This document shows positions 12,520 to 22,783 of a DNA stretch of 64,000 nt, one piece after another. The position numbers and the translations under genes are program-made. Within the stretch, counting starts at the first letter, position 1; each line of letters opens with the position of its first letter. Source of the stretch: Hemiscyllium ocellatum. Its lineage: Eukaryota. The notes beneath the pieces are model-generated. The model was not told where the DNA came from. It was given only the letters and a program-made list of their open reading frames with translations, and ran no database searches. The DNA is taken from the NCBI RefSeq assembly GCF_020745735.1, contig NC_083425.1, positions 45,309,575-45,373,574 on the forward strand, read 5' to 3'.

Positions 12520-12844
12520 CTGCCTACCGAATGAACTCGGATTTCTCCAGTTTCCTCATTTCCCCTCCCCCCACCTTGTCTCAGTCGGTTCCCTCAACTC
12601 AGCACCGCCCTCCCAACCTACAATCCTCTTCCTGACCTCTCTGCCCCCACCCCACTCCGGCCTATCACCCTCACCTTGACCTCCTTCCACCTATCACATC
12701 TCCATCGCCCCTCCCTACCTTTTATCTGAGCCTGCCTGGCACCCTCCCCTCATTCCTGATGAAGGGCTCTGGCCCGAAACGTCGAATTTCCTGTTCCTTG
12801 GATGCTGCCTGACCTGCTGTGCTTTAACCAGCAACACATTTTCA
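12520..12844 (+). mobile_element. Young 3'-terminal Penelope fragment with a perfect 16-bp TSD
   Basis: Homologous to the 3' end of the PLE at 6309-7406 (DFSSFLISPPPT vs DFTSFFFSPPST). ACTATAACCAAAAAAC occurs at 12504-12519 and 12845-12860. Confidence 0.85.
12752..12787 (+). ncRNA. Minimal type I hammerhead ribozyme motif (PLE-associated)
   Basis: AUUC-CUGAUGA-A-GGGC(UCUG)GCCC-GAAA-CG-UC|GAAU: 4-bp stem I, 4-bp stem II, palindromic ACGU helix III, GUC triplet with predicted cut after 12783. Confidence 0.75.
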
Positions 12845-13131
12845 ACTATAACCAAAAAACATGCACAGCTACAGAAAATAAACGTGGTATTACGGCATTT
12901 ACTATCTCAGAGGGCAAACCCAGGGTCAACGGGCCGAATGGCCCCCATCTATGCTGTAACCATGCTCAGTCCACATGAGGAAAAGAATTCCATAATACTA
13001 CAGCCTAAACACCCCATAATATTAACCCCGTCTGTGAATTTCTCACCCCTTTCAGGATGGACTCCCCAATGAGTCCAGTCACCAAGACGCCAACGCCGGT
13101 GACAACATCAGGATACAACCGCTCCACTTAC

Positions 13132-13900
13132 CCGCCTCGGCCCAACGGTCGGAGCCAACCGATAACCGCCAGCCACACCCCCCGCTGCGTCACTCCGTCC
13201 CTGGTGGGAACCCGCCAGCCACGCCCCCCTGCGTCACTACGTCCCCGGTGGGAATCCGCCAGCCCCGCCTCCCCGATGCGGATCCGTCAGCCCCGCCCCC
13301 AACTGCGTCAACTACGTCCCTGATGGGGATCCGCCAGCCCCGCCCCACGTGCGTCAACTACGTCCCAGATGGAATCCGCCAGCCACGCCCCCCGCTGCGT
13401 CACTCCGTCCCTGGTGGGAATCCGCCAGCCACGCCCCCTCTGCGTCCCTACGTCCCCGGTGGGAATCCGCCAGCCCCGCCTCCCCGGTGCGGATCCGTCA
13501 GCCCCGCCCCCAACTGCGTCAACTACGTCCCTGATGGGGATCCGCCAGCCCCGGCCCTCGCTGCGTCAACTACACCCCTTGATGGAGATCCGCCAGCCCC
13601 GCCCCCCTGCTAGTCCCGCCCACCCGCCGGGTGATCGACAGCAGCGTCCAGGCCCCGTCTCCTGTCGCGTCTCCGCCTGGCCCGCCACGCCACGCATCTC
13701 GCGTCACCACCAAACCCCGCCCCGCTCCTTTTCGCGTCACCGCCAGTCCAGCCCAGCCCCACCTCCGCGTCTCTGCCAGCCCCGCCCAGTCCGGAGGCCC
13801 TCCCACTCTAGCCCCGTCTCCTGTTGACACCCGGAAGTTGTGTCCGCCGTGACATCGACCTTTCTGACCAAATGCTGGGCGGAAACAATCAGCCCCGGGG
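13132..13900 (-). promoter_or_regulatory. ADPRM: Probable ADPRM CpG-island promoter and non-coding exon 1
   Basis: CpG-dense, GC boxes, ETS motif CCGGAAGT at 13831-13838, and a strong minus-strand donor cgg|gtaagt at 13132/13131. TSS not determinable. Confidence 0.6.
13166..13610. repeat. CpG-rich minisatellite (~45-47 bp units plus 28-bp variants, ~210-bp higher-order period) at the ADPRM 5' end
   Basis: About 11 units of ccgccagcc(c/a)cgcccc...tgcgtca(a)ct(a/c)cgtccc..tggg(a/g)at; block 13166-13375 is repeated at 13376-13589. Confidence 0.9.
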
Positions 13901-14869
13901 TTAACTGCTGGATTCGTACAAAGTCTTTACGATAGTCCTCGGCCTAATTATATCAACACTTCATTCTTAATTGGTAGTCTGGATTAGGGCTAAATCAGGA
14001 GCATTTCACACAAAATCTCCTTGTGCTTAATCTGCTGTTTTGTTCATTTTAGCTGCTTTCAATTCTGGGATTAATGTTGAGTTCAACATCTTCAGATTGT
14101 GAACCCACTGTCATTTCTTCCCTTTGCTTTAGCTTCACTTATTACATTCTCTGTCACCATGTCCTCTCTCCCCTCCCCCTACCCCAGGGGGACTGTTCTT
14201 CCCAGTCTGGTAGTGAGACACACCATTGTTCTACCTTTCTCACATTAGCTTCTCTCTCCAGGAATACTGTCTGTCCCGCTGTGATCTCCAGCATTTATTC
14301 TTTTCAACACAGATTTCAGCATCTGCAGTAATTTGCTCCTCCAGTGACATAATGTTACCTACTTTAGAAAACAGTGGAGTTTTCCTGATGTCCCTAGTCC
14401 AAACCCAGGATTAGCAACAACTGGCTTATTTTATAAAATGTTTCTACTTTTTGGGTCAATTGTGATGATTATTTCTCTTTTAAGTTTGTTCCTCATTTTT
14501 CTTTGTTTTTGGGAAGGAAGAAGAACTTCAAAAATATTTGCTGTATGGAAGCTTTACCTGATCTAAAACTGAGAAGGAGTGGAAACAATATTGATTGAAA
14601 TAAACACACCTTTTGAAATATGATCATTTTGGAATTTGAACATATACAGTCAGATTGATAAATTTGTATATACAGTGAATAGCAAAGTGAGGTCAGCTGG
14701 GGACTTACATTTTGCCGTTGCAAAATGTCTCTGCAAGGGGCAATTCACTGACTGCAACTGTCCTGCCTCTTCCCCATAATCCTCTGACGATCCAATGCTC
14801 CTTTAAAAATACATGATTGAACCTACCTCCACTACACTCAGGAAATGTAAGCCAGATCCTCAAATACAG

Positions 14870-15090
14870 GAGAAATACAGTATTGTGGAATCTGGAAATC
14901 TGAAACAAACACAGAAAATACTGGAGAACCTCGGCAGGTCTGGCATTATCTGTCCAGAGAGGAACAGTTAACATTTCGAAACTGATATGGCCTTTGAAAC
15001 TAGTCATACCAGACTTGGAACGTTAACTCTGTTTCTCTCTCTACGAATACAGCCAGACCAACTTAGTTTCTCCGATGTTGTCTCTTTATC
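14870..15090. mobile_element. Decayed palindromic PLE-derived element
   Basis: Same inverted-arm family as 10558-10777 and 62975-63165. Confidence 0.55.
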
Positions 15091-15376
15091 CTAGATTCTC
15101 TTAAGCACTCACTAGATACAGGAAATTTTGTCGTCTACATGCCTTTGGTCAGTTTGCCAATAACCTTAAACTGGTGATCTCTGGGCACTTGATCCATTTG
15201 CCAGTGACAACGGTCTTTCCCTCCCTACTCTTTTGACCTCTCATCATTTTGAAGACCCAGTGCAACTTAAATTTGGAGTGTTAATGTTTACCGAACGGTC
15301 TGTTTCCGTGCTGCACATCTCGCTGATTCTATGACTCTTAGTTTCACCCTTCTGTGTGAGTTAACTAGGAACTTTT

Positions 15377-15507
15377 ATTCCTGATGAAGAGCTTTTGCCC
15401 GAAACGTCGACTTCTCTGCACTTTGGATGCTGCCTGAACTGCTGTGCTCTTCCAGCACCACTGATCTAGAATCTGGTTTCCAGCATCTGCAGTCATTGTT
15501 TTTACCC
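15377..15507 (+). mobile_element. Short PLE-derived element beginning with a hammerhead motif
   Basis: ATTC-CTGATGA-A-GAGC(TTTT)GCCC-GAAACGTC-GACT at 15377-15412, followed by the family tail 'ggatgctgcctga.ctgctgtgct.ttccagca'. Confidence 0.75.
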
Positions 15508-15896
15508 ACTATAAGGTGAACAGTAAAATGAAGTGATACGGAAAGTGATTATTACATTTCAATACTTTTCTTCTTACAATGTACTTGACTGGCCTGATAA
15601 GACTTTTTCCCTCCCCAAAATATTCCCTTTTTATCAAATTTGTGCAGGCATATCCAACAGAATCACAGAAATGAAGAAGGAGGCCAATCAACCCATCGTC
15701 TGGCCCCAGCTCTCAGAGGAGCATCTTTTCTCCTGTCCTTCTAACACCAAACGATATTTCCATTCAGATGTTTACTGTGTCCAAAGCTCTGTGATGCTGC
15801 AGGAAGTGCAACCTTTCTGCACAGAGGATGTTGTTGCAGTGTTGTTGGTGGGAGGAGGCTCTCACTCTCTTTCCGGGTGTGTGTCTGTGTGTGTGT

Positions 15897-16037
15897 ATGG
15901 CGCTGATGGTGCAGCTCTGGAGCCGGGGCAGGGCTCTCTCCAGGGTTTGGGGCCGCCAAGCTTTCCCCGATACCCCGTTCCACTTCGGCTCCAGGCAGCA
16001 GCTCACACCCCGGAACTTGGCGGCAGCAACCCCGGCG
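15897..16037 (+). CDS. SCO1: SCO1 coding exon 1 (mitochondrial presequence)
   Basis: CpG-rich. Encodes MALMVQLWSRGRALSRVWGRQ...AAATPA, Arg-rich and acid-poor. Donor gcg|gtgagt, phase 0. ETS-like TTCCGG 26 nt upstream. Confidence 0.75.
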
Positions 16038-16104
16038 GTGAGTTCGAGACCAGCGGATACTCAACCCTGAACAGAGTGCACCCAGGGTCAATGAGCAGGG
16101 GCAG

Positions 16105-16730
16105 GGGCAGGGGGAACCTGTGTCAGTGAGTGAGGGGGGAACCTGTGTCAATGAATGAGGGGGGGGGCAACCTGTGTCAGTGAATGAGGGGGGAACCTGT
16201 GTCAATGAATGAGGGGGGGGGCAACCTGTGTCAGTGAATGAGGGGGGGGGGGGAGGGGGAACCTGTGTCAGTGAATGGTGGGGGGGGGAAAGGAGGGGGA
16301 ATCTGTGTCAGTGAATGGGTGGGGGGGTGGAAGGAGGGGGAACCTGTGCCAGTGAGTGCGTGGGGGGGGGAGGAGGAACCTGTGTCATTGAGTGAGGGGG
16401 GGAACCTGTGTCAATAGGTGAGGGGAGGAGGGGGAACCTGTGTCAATGAATGGTGGGGGGGGGAAAGGAGGGGGAATCTGTGTCAGTGAATGTGGGGGGG
16501 GGAGGAGGGAACCTGTGTCAGTGAATGGGGGGGGGAGGAGGGAACCTGTGTCAGTGAATGAGTGGGGGGGGAAGGGGTGAACCTGTGTCAATGAATGAGT
16601 TGGCGGGGGGGGGGAACCTGTTTCAGTGAAAGGGGGGTGGGGAGAGACGGGAGTCTTCTGCCTCAGTGAGTGAGGGGCGAAGGGATTTCTCTGCCTCATT
16701 GAGTGCGGGAGGAGGGGAGTCTTCTTGTCA
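16105..16730 (+). repeat. G-rich minisatellite at the start of SCO1 intron 1
   Basis: About 16 copies of aacctgtgtca(g/a)tgaatg separated by variable G-runs, decaying toward 16730. Confidence 0.9.
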
Positions 16731-17225
16731 GAGAGAGGAAGTAGGAAACGCTTGTTCGTTGCAGATGGAGCATTGGTCGACTCCATAGTGGTCGACAAAT
16801 ACCAGGCACAAGAATGGGGACAGCACTGTTATCTGGGGAAAATGATCTGTCAATGTCTGTGCGTGTGTTTCTCTCCAGGAAGTCCCAGAGAGGTCACTCA
16901 AGTACTGGAGCATTAACTAATCACCAGTCCAACAGTTTTGTTTTGCTATTTCAAGCCGGTCAGGAATCTGCTGCTGCACCATTTCAAAATTTGTTATGAC
17001 TTCCTTGAGAATTAGGCGTTGTGGCAATTGGCTTTAATTGTCAAAGTGTTGAATATTGCACCATTTTGATGTGAAATTATGGTATTTCGTGGTTTCTGAG
17101 CAACTCGAGCACTTAGCAGGATTTTTTAAAAGAAAATTCTTGGCTATTGATCGAAATATTTAGGAATATTTGTGTGGATTTGCTCCTTACCTGACTATCA
17201 CCCACAGTACAACAAGGATCATGTC

Positions 17226-18655
17226 ATTGAGTCACAGACATGTACAGCACGGAAACAGACCTTTCGTCCAAATCGTCCATGCCGACCAGATATCCCAAAC
17301 CAATCTGGTCCCACCTGCCAGCACCCGGCCCATATCCCTCCAAACCCTTCCTATTCGTATTCCCATTCCAATATCTTTGAAATGTTGAAATTGTACTAGC
17401 CCCTACCAGTTCCGCTGGCAGCCCATTCCACATGTGCACCACCCTCTGCTTGAAAATGTTGCCACTTCGGTCTTTTTCATATTTTGCCCCTCTCACCCTA
17501 TACCTATGTCCTCTAGTTCTGGACTCCCCCACCTCAGAGAAAAGACCTTGTCTATTTACCCTATCCATGCCCCTCATGATTTTATAAACCTTTATAAGGC
17601 CACCCCTCAGCCTCCAATGCTCCAAAGAAAACAGCCCTAGCCTATTCAACCTCTTCCTGTAGCTCAAATCCTCCAACCCTGACAATATACTTTTCAAATT
17701 TCACAACATCCTTTCGATAGGAGGGAGACCAGAATTGCACACAGTATTCCAAAAATGGCCTAACCAATGTCCTGTACAGCCGCAACATGACCTCCCAACT
17801 CCTGTACTCAATACTCTGACCAATGAAGGAAAGCATATCAAAGCATATCACTATCCTTTCAAGGAGCTGTGAGATTGCACTCAAAGGTCTTTTTGTTCAG
17901 CAACACTCCATAGGACCTTACCATTAAGAGTATAAATCCTGCGAAGATTTCCTTTCCCAAAATGCAGCACCTCACATTTACTTAAATTAAACTCTGCCAT
18001 TTCTCAGCCCATTGGCTCATCTGATCAAGATCCCATTGTAATCTGAGGTAACCTTCTTCGCTGTACACTACATGTTTTTTGGTGTCATCTGCAAACTTAA
18101 TAACTATACCTCATAAGCTCACATCCAAATCATTTATACAAATGACGAAAAGTAGTGGACTCAGCACCAATCCTTTTGGCATTCCACTGGTCACAGGCCT
18201 CCAATCCTTGTGGCCTCCACCACCACCCTCTGTCTTCTACCTTTGAGCCAGTTTTGTATCCAAATGGTTAGTTCTCCCTGTATACCATGAAATCTAACCT
18301 TGCTAACCAGTCTCCCATGAGGAACCTTGTTGAACACCTTACTGAAGTCCGTATAGATCATGTCTATCGCTCTGCGGAAATCTCAATCCTTTTTGTCACA
18401 TCTTCAAAAAAAACTCAATCAAGTTTGTGAGACATGATTTCCCACGGACTAAGCTATGTTGACTATCACTAAACAGTCCTTGTCTTTCCAAATACATGTA
18501 CATCCTGTCCCTCAGGATTCCCTCCAACAACTTGCCCACCACTGATGTCAGGCTTCCTGGTCTATAGTTCCCTGTCCTACCTTTCTTAAATACTGGCACC
18601 ACGTTAGCCAACCTCCAGTCTTCTGGCACCTCACCTATGACTATCAATGATACAA
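17226..18655 (-). mobile_element. 5'-truncated CR1 LINE (HER1-like), frameshifted
   Basis: ORF pieces VPEDWRLANVVP, LYRTLVRP.LEYCVQFWSP and RTRGHR..VRG; same family as 41675-43402. Confidence 0.9.
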
Positions 18656-19223
18656 ATCATCAACTGATCTCTGTGGACAGCAGTCTTAGAGAAGTAATGT
18701 AATTACAAAATGAGGCAAAGGTGTCACTGAGTAGAGAGTGAAGCAGAAATAATCCAGTCCGTAATCAAAACCATTCCAGGTTTTGTGCATTTATCTGAAG
18801 TTGGCGCACTGGTAGTGTACGAACCCCTGGGCCAGAAGGCATGGGTTCAAGACTCATCTGCTCCAGAGGTGTGTAATAACATCTCTGAACAGGCTGATGA
18901 GGAAAAAAAAAATTCAGAATCTTCATTGGTGCAAACTTTCCACCCAGCAGCAATGAGAGTCAGTAATGACTGATGAACAATAAATCCAGCTCCAGCATTT
19001 CACAGTTAGAGTTTGTGGCAAAGACAGAAATAGGACATAGAAATCTGCCTTTTGTGATGTTGTCACATATACTCAAAAATTTGCATATTGAAATAAATGC
19101 AGTAGTTTATATTTAATCTTTAATACTAAAGTTTTAAATGATTTTTCTCACTGCTGGGTGAAGATGGTTTACATTAGTTATTAATTACCTCACTCTGAAG
19201 ATATCTTGAATAAATATTGCATT

Positions 19224-19552
19224 GGGTGGCATATTGGCACAGTGATTAGCACTGCTACCTCACAATGACATGAGACCTGGGTTCAGTTCCATCCTTGGAC
19301 AAATATCTGCACATTCTCTGCGTCTGTGTGGGTTTCCTTCGGGTGCTCTGGTTCCCTCCTACAGTCCAGTGATGTGACGGTTAGGTGGATTGGCCATGCT
19401 AAATTGCTCATAGTGTCCAGGGATATGCTGGCTGGGTGGATTAGCCATGGACAACGCAGGATGATGGAGTAGGTCTGGGTGGGATGATCTTCGGAGGTTC
19501 GGTGTAGACTCAATGGGCTAAATGGCCTGCTTCCGCACAATAGGGATTCTAT
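19224..19552 (+). mobile_element. V-SINE (HE1-like)
   Basis: Head 'tggcacagtgattagcactgctacctcac...gggttc', V domain and tail 'gggattctat'. Confidence 0.8.
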
Positions 19553-21165
19553 ATTTTAGGGGCAGATAGTGGTGTACTGGCTATGCCACTGGACCAGTAA
19601 TCTGGAGGCCCAGACTAATCATTTGCATTCATGGGTTCAAATCCCACCATGGCAGATGGTGGAGTTTGAAATCAGTTAACAAACCAGGCTTTTCTGGAGT
19701 CAAGACAGCACAGTTTCAAGAAAAGGGAATGATCATTTGGACAGAGATGTGGAGAAATCTTTTCACTTGAAGGGCTGTGCATCTTTGGAATTATCCAGCC
19801 CAGAAAGTTGTGGATGCTCCACCACTGAATATATTTAAGACTGGGATAGAACGATTTTTGGTCTTTCTGGAAATTGAGGGAAATCAGGATAGGACAGGAA
19901 AGTGGAGAAAGCGAAGCTGAAGAACAGCCATGATCATGTTGAATGGTGGAGCAGCTTTGAAGCAGCATTTTAAGTATTTGCGATAAATAATTCATCCGTA
20001 ATCCCGAGACTGTGATCCAGTATTTTAGATTCCACTTCCAGGGGAACCATCCTTCTCGGTCCACCTCCTTCAGAATTTAGTGTCTTTCAATGGGTTTGCC
20101 TCTTGTTCCCTGAAGAATTCAGGTCCAATTTACTCAACCACTCATCATTGAGCATCCATACTATAGTCTAAGGAACTAATCGAGTGAACCTTTTGTGTCA
20201 TTGTCTCTACTGCCTCCCTGAAATGTGGAGTCCAAAACTTCCACAATAGTTCAGCAGTGCTATCATCAAAATCCTTTCAATGGCAGCAAGACTCCCTTAT
20301 CTGTGTACAGATACTGGCATTGTCTGATTAATGGACATTTTTGAAATGGCGCACATGCCTAGTGTCAGGGTCGTTCCAACTGTGTCTTATTGATTATCCC
20401 TCTACTTCTCTTATTCCTTCACCCTTCACTCACGCAGATTGTCTGTCACCCGCAGAAAGATGATCTTCCACATTTTGTTCCTGTTGTGGAGCAGAGTCTT
20501 TTCCTCCTTTTTTTTCAGGGGAAATCTCTCCCCCAGGTTTCCCTCGGTTTTTCTCCATCACAGACATGCAATTGAGTAGATGCCAAGAGAAACATGCGAC
20601 CACTGGAGAACCTAATGTGGCTCACCAGCCTTAGGGTCACTATCATGCACCGGCAGCCCTACCTGAGCTGTTAATCAAATACGAGGGACAGCTCCTTCAT
20701 TTGCAGCTCACCACTTTTGAGTGAGGTAGGGTCCTGGGTCCTCAAGTGTCTATTGATTGAAAGGTTTACTCTCTGGTTAACCTGGATGCCAATATCTGTT
20801 AGTATTTGCTTCAGGGTCTTTATTATGTTCGTGGTTCCCATAGGTTATTATATATAGGTTCCTTATTAGTTTCAGGGTCTTTATTACGCTTTATTACTTT
20901 TAGGCCAAATAGAGATTCAGTGTCCAAGACTCAGGAAAGCATGAAATCCAGCTGGATTTGAGATACTGTATGTTGGTATAACGACCAACATGCTGTTTAC
21001 TTTCCTGGTTCTTTGCTGTACCTGCAAGCTTTCTTTGAGTGCTTGGATACAAAGCATCAATTGTTCAACAATAAACGTAATTCACAGACTGTAATGTGTT
21101 TCAGAATGTGTTGCATGTGTGAAAGCTGCTTGTTAATTGCAAGTATTTTTTTCATGTTTGTAAAG

Positions 21166-21291
21166 TTCAGTGAAGATCTTTGTCCGATATGGAAGTCGAC
21201 ACAATTCTCCATGCACAATCTGCGCTGCTTCAGTACAATACCTCCATCTCAATCCAAAAAGAAACCAAGTAGTGGAACGAGAAAGAGTGGG
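21166..21291 (+). CDS. SCO1: SCO1 coding exon 2
   Basis: Acceptor ttttttcatgtttgtaaag and donor ggg|gtaagt; 126 nt, phase 0-0. Encodes FSEDLC...RCFSTIPPSQSKKKPSSGTRKSG, joining PVTWKSL as human ..SKPG|PVSWKSL does. Confidence 0.75.
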
Positions 21292-21529
21292 GTAAGTGAG
21301 GGTGTGCTTGATTTTAATGAATAGAAGAGGCATGATGCTTTAACACTCACCTTCAAAGAGATGGGGTAGAATTACGTGATTCTTCTTCTGTAGAGACAGA
21401 ATCCTTTACAATCATGTAATTCTCCATGCACATCTTTTCACGATATTCCAGTCAGCTGCCTAAATTGTTTTGTTTTGTAAGGGTTGGGCATTCTTTTGTA
21501 TAAATATATAACTATATCAAGTACTTGAT

Positions 21530-22260
21530 CAAGTCTTACTCTGTAATCGTGAGTATTATACTGTCCATTGCGTCACAGTGGGAGTGCTGCATTGTTGGAG
21601 GTGCTCCCATTGGATAAGATATGAAACTGAGATCCAAATCTCAGTAGGGTGGATTTAAGATCCCATGAGACTATTATGAAGAAGAACCAGGAAAGTTATC
21701 ATTGCATCCTGGCCAATATATATATATAGGTCAATAAACACCATTAAATGCAATTAACTGGCCACTATGACCTTACTGTTTGTGGAGCTTACTTTGGGCA
21801 AATTGGTTGCTGCTTTAGGGTGGGAGGGTGGCTGTCGTTAGCACAGCTGCCTCACAGTGCCGGGACTCGGGTTTGATTCCACCCCCTGGTGACTGTGTGG
21901 AGTTTGCACATTGACCCCATGACTGCGTTGCTTTCCTCCGGGTGTTTTGGTTTCCTCACAAAGTCCAAAGATGTGCAGGTTAGGTGGATTAGCCATGCTA
22001 AATTGTCCATAGTGTCCAGCGATATGCAGACCAGTTGGATTAGTCATGGGAAGTGCAGGTTTACAGGGATAGGAGTGGTCTGGGTGGGATGCTCTTCGGA
22101 GGATCAATGTGGGCTGAATGGCCACTGTAGGGAATTCTGTGATTTCCTATGTTACAATGTTGACCATATTTTTTTTAAAAAAAATCCACTTCAATGGCTG
22201 TAAAGTGCTTTGGGAAAATTTTGAAATGACAAAAGGTACAACATAAATGGGAATCTTTGA
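21530..22260 (+). mobile_element. DeuSINE (SacSINE1/AmnSINE1-like) interrupted by a V-SINE at ~21817-22143
   Basis: Deu-domain-like 'gggagtgctgcattgttggaggtgc...gatcccatg...gaagaaga...cctggccaata...ctgtttgtgg...caaattgg'. Tail 'ggctgtaaagtgctttggg' resumes after the V-SINE. Confidence 0.7.
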
Positions 22261-22379
22261 AAATTTCTTTCTAATCAAATAATGTTGGTGAATTCAAAGG
22301 ACTGTCCTTTACATGGAATTTATTGGGTGTTGGCAGGGGCGGCTGTGAAGATGCAGGGCAGGTCATGAACAACTCTCTG

Positions 22380-22477
22380 GATTAGAGTGGTGCTGGAACA
22401 GCACAGCAGATCAGGTAGCATCCGAGGAGCAGGAAATCAATGTTTTGGGCAAAAGCCCTTCATCAGGAAAGGGCTCG
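22380..22477 (-). mobile_element. Short PLE-derived element with a mutated hammerhead
   Basis: Minus strand reads CTGATGA-A-GGGC(TTTT)GCCC-AAAACATT. 16-bp TSD with 2 mismatches at 22364-22379 and 22478-22493. Confidence 0.75.
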
Positions 22478-22692
22478 CATTAACAACTTTCTGCCTCATA
22501 ATATTACACACTGCAGTTAGACAGGGATAGATCAGAACATCCTACGTGCAGATGGCTGAGGAAAGCACCCATAAATATCTTTTATTTCCTAATCTCTGTT
22601 AAAGTCTCTGGTATCCAAAGCTGACACCATGTTGGCCGTCATTTTGTTTAATGTTCTGTTTTATCTGAGACACATTTTCTCGTTCTTAGTAG

Positions 22693-22783
22693 CCTGTAAC
22701 ATGGAAGTCGCTAACAATCACTTTTGCTGTTGGAGGAGTACTGTTGGCGGTCATGAAGTACTTTAAAAAAGAAAAAGAAGAAA
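22693..22783 (+). CDS. SCO1: SCO1 coding exon 3 (transmembrane helix)
   Basis: [30 protein letters not shown]; 91 nt; tagtag acceptor and gtaagt donor. Confidence 0.95.

Noticed and set aside
13057-13852. Several Pro/Arg-rich ORFs
   Set aside because: Produced by the GC-rich minisatellite; open in many frames with no homology.
15533-16205. 198-aa and 154-aa ORFs
   Set aside because: Off-frame or antisense to SCO1 exon 1 in GC-rich sequence; no recognisable protein.
16105-16730. CRISPR-like constant repeat with variable spacers
   Set aside because: Spacers are just G-runs, the context is a vertebrate intron, and there are no cas genes.
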